From assembly GCF_011745625.1 (NCBI RefSeq), contig NW_027191454.1, forward strand, positions 1,054,001 through 1,118,000: a DNA stretch of 64,000 nt, given 5' to 3'. The notes beneath the pieces are model-generated. The model searched no databases, was not told where the DNA came from, and saw only the letters and a program-made list of their open reading frames with translations. Origin of the DNA: Cladosporium halotolerans. Lineage: Eukaryota. This document shows positions 57,311-64,000 of this stretch, one piece after another. How positions within the stretch are numbered: the stretch's first letter is position 1; each line of letters starts with the position of its first letter. A program made the translations under genes and the position numbers.

Positions 57311-58608
57311 GTGGGGTGTGGGGAGATTTTCGCGTGGCATAGCATCTACGGAGAGCACTAAGATGGCAGATCTTGGCCTCATAACGCCGTCGCCCGACAG
57401 TTGCGTGTAGCAAACTTGATTCTCTGCCACGGCAGAAATATCGATTAACCATGACGATCCAGTCTTTCTCCAGCGTCACTACAGGGGCCAAGCGAAATAT
57501 CATGGTCCCAATGCCAGTCCTCCGTCGCAGTACCGGCTATGTGTAATTTTGGGCTTTTTGTTGCTCCGGGCGTTTATCGCATCTCGCCTGCTTTGCTTCT
57601 TTGGAGGGAGGTCAAATTACAAACCGCAGTGCCATGCCGTAGATTACGTCTGCCGACCACAACCACCGCTCGTCGGCGTCAATTCCGTCCTCCCTTCCGC
57701 AAGGCGTGGGTAGTCACGCCCTTTGTCATGTTCAAGGCTGACGGCCAACAACGACTGGTCCGGATACCTACAGTACAACAGATCGTACGCGTGCATTCGG
57801 CCTCTGACGATCATCCTCAAACCCCGAGAAACATTTCTCCGCAATATGGGGCCCCCACGCGGATAGCATCCACATCTCGCGGGACAGCACGGTCCCCGGG
57901 ACAATGATGTGCGAGAGAGTGTTGGAGCTGGTGAGACTGCAGGGTTTTGAGAAAGCGAGCGTCGGCAACGGAGTCGTAAGCATAGATTGGCACCTTCATT
58001 GGTTCAGATTGTGACCTTAGGCCCAAAGGAGCTACGTCCCGCATTAGCCGTTGGTTTTCTTGACATCGGCGAAGCGCATCTCTGTCGGCTTTCGACCAGC
58101 CTCAGAAACGCTGATTCCCAGCGTCCTTGGCATACGCAGCGCTCTCCCACACCAGTACCCGCATTTTGCGGAACAACACGGGGTACCAAGTATGGAGCGA
58201 TCGTCGGCCATGCTGTGACTCTCTTGGCCGCTTCTTGGGATGCCGTGATGTTCTCCCGCCGCGAAGGGCGGGATTTGAAAAATCCGAAGGCCTCCTTGGC
58301 TACAGGTCGTCTTTTGCTTCTAACGTCGACACGCTGCTTATGAGCCGACGGTAAGGACGCCAAGGGGCATGCAGATATATATCCTTTGACTCGCCCTTGC
58401 TCCTAGCCTACTAAGAGCCTCTCCACACTCTCAACGACTCGTTGTATTTGGTGGTCATTACTCGCGCAGTATCCGTTTGCGCCTCCACCTCCCGGAATCC
58501 AAGCAGCGACTTTGCGCCACGCTTCGCCAACCCTTCTTCTCTCACAGCCACTGAAGCTTGGTATCGCTTCTCGGACGACTGCACCTCATCGCACGCTTCA
58601 CTTGCAAC

Positions 58609-60415
58609 ATGAGGGGCCCAAATATGTCGCAGATATGGCAGGACCTGGTGCAGTACCGACGCGCCTATTTTCTCACAGCTGTCGCGTCCTTTGGCGGCAT
58701 GCTCTTCGGTTGGGATACTGGCCTCATTGGTGGTGTGCTCACTATGGATTCCTTCAATAACAGCTTTGGGCTTGACAGAGATAGTCCCGAGCACGCCAGC
58801 ATCGAAGGCAACATCGTTTCCGTTCTCCAGGCCGGCTGTTTCTTCGGCGCCATGAGCTCTTTCTACCTTGGTGATAAGCTCGGTCGCAAGATGGCGCTGA
58901 TGTTGGCAGATGTCATCTTCATCATTGGCAGCATTGTCCAGACAACCTGTGCCATGGGCGCAGGCAACGACATGGCACAGCTGTACGTCGGCAGAGTCAT
59001 CGGCGGTTTTGGCGTTGGCTTGACCAGTGCTATCGTCCCGACTTACATCGGCGAAAATGCGAACAAGGAGATTCGCGGGCGCTGCATCGGCTGCATGCAA
59101 CTCTTCAACGTCACCGGCATCTGTCTGGCTTTCTTCGTCAACTACGGCGCGGATCAGAACATGTCCAGCTCTAACCCAGCTCAATGGCGCATGCCCTTCG
59201 CCCTCCAAATTCTTCCTGGCGCCATCCTCCTCATCGGCCTCTTCTTCACTAATGAGTCACCCCGCTGGCTCGTCGAGAAGAACCGCGTCGAGGAGGCCCG
59301 CAAGGCTCTGTCGACTGTCCGCTCAAAGCCCATTGACGACCCCGAAGTCACGCTGGAGCTGGATGAGATCGTCAAGGATTTCCGCGGCCACGAAAAGCTT
59401 CCACTCGTTCAACAAGTCCGAATGACCTTCGCCGACTCCAAGGTCTTCTACACCTTCTCTATGGCTGTTATTTTGATGTTCTGGCAGCAATTTACCGGCA
59501 CTAACAGCTTGAACTACTTCAGCCCGCAGATCTTCAAGAGTGTCGGCATCTCTGGAGGATCCGCCAGCCTTTTTGCGACCGGAATCTACGGCATTGTCAA
59601 GATTGTCTGTACGGCCGTAGGGTTGATGGTCGCTACCGAGCAGCTGGGTCGAAAGTGGTCACTGATCATTGGCGGCGCGGGCCAGGCTTTTGCTATGTTC
59701 TACATTGGTGTCAACCAAGCGATTCATCCGACCGTCGAAGGACAGGCTTTGGACGGCAACTCAACATTCGCGATCATCTGCGTATATCTTTTCGTTGTCT
59801 TTTACTCCTTCGGTTGGGGCCCGATTCCGTTCGTGCTGAGCGCGGAGTGTGCGGTAAGTGCTTTCGTTCAGCATTGTAAGAAAATGATTAGATTAATGAC
59901 ATCACCGCAGCCCAACCACGTCCGTTCTCTCACCATGGCCGCTGCCTTGATGACCCAGTGGCTCTTCAATTTCGTCATTGCAAAGGTACGCAAAACAATC
60001 ATCCTGCCTCAAGACAACCCAACAGCGTCAACTGACTTCATTCTAGATCACACCCATCATGCTTGACGAGATCACCTTCGGTACTTTCCTGGTGTTTGGC
60101 TCCGCCTGCTGCGTCATGGTCGTCTACGCCATCATCTGCGTTCCGGAAACCAAGGGCGTCCCTCTGGAGTCCATCTACATGCTCTTCGAGGGCAACATCC
60201 TCGCCGGCGCGACACGTGACACCGTCCCCCGCTACTCGCGTGCCAAGCACCTCGCTCACAGCAGCAACACCGACTCAGACGATCAGTACAAGGACGTCGA
60301 CGAGGATGAGGATGCTGTTGTCGGAAAGAATGGGAGCACCAGCCAGCATGTGGAGAGAATCGACCCGAGGGCGAGGGATGCTGCCCACGGGGCTAATGTT
60401 GGGAGCGCGGCTTGA
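58609..60415 (+). CDS. MFS sugar porter family transporter (quinate-permease-like)
   Basis: FGWDTGLIGG, DKLGRK, ESPRWL, QQFTGTN and PETKG motifs; introns ~59854..59910 and ~59986..60046. Confidence 0.92.
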
Positions 60416-61368
60416 GGACTGTGTTACGACGATGTTACGATGTTCCGATGGATAGTCTAGACGATGTTATAATGCTTAGAAATAAGATACGATCGCTGGT
60501 ATTTGCTGTCCAGCTGACAACGACAACACGAGGCATTTGCGAGCAACGCCGCATAGAAACGGCCATCTCGAGAAGTGAACATTCCCATCAGTAGCTGTCT
60601 AGTCCACATCGCATTCCGGTGCTCGCCCCGGCGCTCGCCGGAAACTCTCAGACGAATAACGCTCTCATCAATACGCAAAACCCACGGGACGTCACATCTC
60701 CATCCTTATCCTTATCAGCAGCAATGACATAGCTCCATCTAACTTTTGAATTCCCAAACAACCCCCATCCCCAGCTCGTCCAATAGCCGTGCGTCTTCAC
60801 ATGCGCACCTCGCCTGCGGGGTTCACCTTCGGCTTCTGGAAGGGTCGCACGGACCCCTGGCGGCCGAGCTGTTTTGGAGCTCTGGAACGGAGCCCCGCGT
60901 CACGTCACTTCACTCCCCACGCCATCGTCACGCGAGTCGAAAGAAAGATACACGCGGCGCCCACCGGAACCATGGGTGTGGGCGTGTTGGTTGCGGTCTG
61001 CCTTGTTTTGCGCGCGTGGCCTCGTTGACTTTTCCATTCCTGTCTTTGTTTTTTCGTCGTGGCCGCTTATCGCGGTTGAGCCTTTCCGCTCGTGCGATTT
61101 GGCTCAGGTGCGCGCTAGACGGACGGGAGGTTCTCAGGGTACCTTTGTTGCGTCTCTCTGACATCCCTTCTTGCGGTTGGTCTGGTCCGTTCCCTTTCTT
61201 TTCCCTCTTCTCTCTCGTCACTGCTGCATCCTGATATATACTGCGCCCCTGTCCAACAGGCGACAACAAGTGCTCTCCAACCCAAGTTCATCTCCTCCAT
61301 TTCAGAACCTCACATAGCCAAACGAAGAGATCTCTCCGATCGCCGCAGCTCTCTTTCTCAATCTCAAC

Positions 61369-62085
61369 ATGGAAGAAGAAGCCTCAGCAACAACCCGTAC
61401 ACTGCACCTCCCTGAAATCCTCGAACAAATCCTCATCCACCTACCCTCGCGCGACCTCCTACTCGCTCAACGCATCAGCAAAGCCTTCCAACTCACCATC
61501 TCCGCCAGCCCCAAGCTCCAACGCGCTCTGTTCTTCTCCCCCGATCCGGCCTGCCCTTCCTCGCCCATTACCTACCTCAATCCCGCGACAGGCGCCACAT
61601 CCGCACACCCCCGCCCGCAGAACAATCGCCTACTCCTCCGCGCATTCCCAGGCGTGTATCCCACCGTTTCGCCGGTACTGGTCAACCTCCCACCAACCCG
61701 AGAAGACCTCGCACTCGGCAGACCAGGCAAAGAAGTCTGGAGCTGGGACGTCTGCATCTCCTTCCCAGCCAGTCCCGCCAACAAATCCCCTTCCGATTCT
61801 TCTGAGTCTTCTTTACCGTCCACTGCAGACCCAGCCACTGCGTATCCGTACGCCTCATGGCGCAGAATGTACCTCTGCCAGCCGCCGTGCACGGCCCTGC
61901 ACCTCGTTCGACGCTGGAGGCGTAGTCGACTGCCGGCTATTGAGAGGCCGGGTGGGATTACGATGGGGGATTTTGTGGACGAGGCGACGAAGGGGGCTGT
62001 CAATGGCGGGGTCTGGAGCGAGGGGTATGTGGGGAGTGATCGGGATTGGCATTTTGAGGGCGTGGTGGGGGAGGGCACGGGGTGA
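61369..62085 (+). CDS. F-box domain protein
   Basis: LPEILEQILIHLPSRDLLLAQRISKAFQ..I..SPKLQRALFF F-box and the SWRRMYLCQPP motif typical of expanded fungal F-box families. Confidence 0.85.
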   Translation: MEEEASATTRTLHLPEILEQILIHLPSRDLLLAQRISKAFQLTISASPKLQRALFFSPDPACPSSPITYLNPATGATSAHPRPQNNRLLLRAFPGVYPTVSPVLVNLPPTREDLALGRPGKEVWSWDVCISFPASPANKSPSDSSESSLPSTADPATAYPYASWRRMYLCQPPCTALHLVRRWRRSRLPAIERPGGITMGDFVDEATKGAVNGGVWSEGYVGSDRDWHFEGVVGEGTG

Positions 62086-62508
62086 GGGAGCATGGCCGTC
62101 GTGCAGGAAGCATTGCTCGAACACGCTTGATGGGGTCGTTGCGCGAGAGGGAAGCGGAAGGCGATCGAGTGCCATTTGTGACAAAAGAGTGAAGCTGTAC
62201 ACGGGTCCGATCATGTCATTCGTCTCGTACAGCCTACTTAAGAACCACTACCGATACGGAGGACGGGTTCTGGACCAAAGAAGAAAACAATAAGGCCACC
62301 AGCTCACTCAGTGTGTGACTGACCGATCAGCCGGTCAAGACTCAATTGGCCAACCCCGCAAGTGCCCGTCGACATTTGGACGGAACACACCATCCGCCGG
62401 GCGCCACCTCACGGGGCCGAGACACACACGGCAGCTGGCTTAGTACCTTTGACGGAAGACCTGGTCCTTGCCGCAGCCATTCTCTGCAGGCAAGACAAAA
62501 AGACAAAA

Positions 62509-62627
62509 ACATACAACAGGCGGGATTCCCAGATGGTCACCCACTCTAGTACTAGTCGCCCGGTTCAGTGCTTATGTATGGCAGAGCGGACGGGATGCCC
62601 AGTTTTCACTGACCTGTGGTCGTATGT
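62509..62627 (-). rRNA. 5S ribosomal RNA (dispersed copy)
   Basis: Reverse complement ACATACGACCACAGG...CCCGTCCGCTCTGCC...AGTACTAGAGTGGGTGACCATCTGGGAATCCC...TGTTGTATGT is ~119 nt, with pairing 5'/3' ends, a downstream T-run (Pol III terminator) and a CATAGA element ~23-28 nt upstream. Confidence 0.95.
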
Positions 62628-62927
62628 GATCGTTCACAAGGGCTAAGTATCTATGTAACACGTTTTTTGTACGGACATGTTCCAATTGCTTTGTTAGACC
62701 AATTCTGGCAACCCACAGATCTGCAAACTCAAGCCGTCTCACAAAGCACCGTTGACTCAGCTCGCACTGACATTCACATTGCACAATGACAGATCTTGTA
62801 GTCAAGAATCGGAACAAATTTGCATGGACAAGCCAAATGAGAGCCCGTGTTGTCCTCGTAGAATGGATCGGCGGTAAGAGTGAACCAACCTGTAATCGAC
62901 GCCCTCCAACCGCATCCAACAAAACGC

Positions 62928-63820
62928 CTACTCAATGCTCAGGAAAATCCGTTTGTCATCGCCGCACGCCGCCTCCCTTCTCACAAACCAGATGAAGTCG
63001 TTAGCAAAGCGGAACCAGCGGCACACGCTGTGGTACGACTGCCCCTCCGGCCCGATGCACTGCATGCTGAGATCCCCCGCGACGTAGCACTTCAGCCGAT
63101 CGCAGATGTTGCCTGGCACGTTGCAGTACCCTTCGCCGAACTGCAAGTACGCGTTGTCGAGCACCCACGCATCGGTCCCAACGGGATAACTGTTGCTGTA
63201 GAGGACGAGCGAGCAGTCGGTGTCGAGTTTGAAGTTAGACACGGGCTGCGAGTCGTCGAAGGGAATTCCTCGCGCCCCCAAGTTGCCGAAGTAGAAGACT
63301 CCCAAGCCTGCGAGGGCGTTGACCGCTCCGGTGGCGCGGATGTTGAAGTAGGAGTTTGTCGTTGTGCTGGTGCTGGTCTTGACTATGGTCCTGGTCACGG
63401 TTGTTGTGATGACCTGCCGGGAGGTCAGCGCTGAAGTGGTGTTGAGATCTCGGATGTGAGCCTGATACGTACGTTCTGGGTTGATGTGCTGACGGCTGGC
63501 ACTGTGGAGTAGACTACCGTACTCGAAGTCGGTACTGGGATGGAGAGGCACTTGCACGCGGAGGAGATGATTGGGGCGGCTGTGTACGTCGCGAAGCATG
63601 CAGGCTTCGGGACTGTGTTTACGGCGCGTTCTGTGATGGCCTGGCTGCAAGTGCCGGTGGGAGGAACGCCGCTAGAGCTGGTGTTAGATATCGGGGCATG
63701 TTGAGTGGCGACTGCGTATTGGTATCGGGCTTACACAGTGGTAATGGAGTTCTCGTAGACGAATTCCGTTGCCTCGACTGTTGACGTTGGGACGGTGACT
63801 ACCGTGGTAGACGTATAACT
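62928..63820 (-). CDS. Thr-rich, Cys-containing, probably secreted/cell-surface protein; 5' part unresolved or beyond the window
   Basis: C-terminal ~170 aa of ORF 62928..63650 (TTTVTRTIVKTSTSTTT...several Cys) looks coding; candidate introns upstream; start not resolved. Confidence 0.55.
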
Positions 63821-64000
63821 GGGCCGTAATAATTAGTATTGTTGCAAAGTTGTACTGTTCAAAGCGTGCTCAAATACCTTGGCACTATGATTCTCTTTGT
63901 CAACACTGACGTCTTTATAGAGAGGTAAGATGAGCAATACGACGTAGCCTGTGGCTGAGCCTTTGCTTTCGTGACAAGACCCGTAACTACAGCGCAGAAC

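Noticed and set aside
60746..61300. Possible small gene between the MFS transporter and F-box genes
   Set aside because: Overlapping short ORFs on both strands with non-ATG or weak starts and no recognisable motif.
1..64000. Transposons, RIP-decayed AT-rich blocks, tRNAs or secondary-metabolite backbone genes
   Set aside because: No transposase/RT motifs, long terminal repeats, extended AT-rich tracts, cloverleafs or PKS/NRPS domains were recognised by eye.

Overview
Gene-dense eukaryotic DNA from a filamentous ascomycete. Short GT-AG introns with CTRAC/CTRAY-like branch sites, a Zn2Cys6 regulator and a dispersed 5S rRNA gene support this; the Dothideomycete-like style is my inference. About 21 protein-coding genes can be supported: two tandem paralogous orphan genes, a GH2 hydrolase, NimA kinase, an ankyrin-BTB protein, an AzgA-type purine permease, a Cdt1-like protein, a DUF1769-like protein, a 1360-aa Ala/Glu/Pro-rich protein, neutral ceramidase, a CCCH protein, a CorA-like protein, a SAM methyltransferase, a Lag1 ceramide synthase, a membrane protein, an Arg-rich conserved protein, a GH17 BtgC-like glucanase, a Zn2Cys6 TF, a 2-hydroxyacid dehydrogenase, an MFS transporter and an F-box protein. 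There is also a partial Thr/Cys-rich gene at the right edge and one 5S rRNA gene. The least explained signal is non-coding. Two degenerate tandem arrays (about 21.27-21.83 kb, period 118-128 bp; about 41.49-43.21 kb, period 310-341 bp) each lie between convergent gene ends. Otherwise dissimilar, they share, in opposite orientation, a bipartite motif AGCC-N-GC-N-GCTAG(C/T)-N16-CCAAT with a fixed 16-nt spacer. All intron and repeat coordinates were counted by hand and may be off by a few bases.
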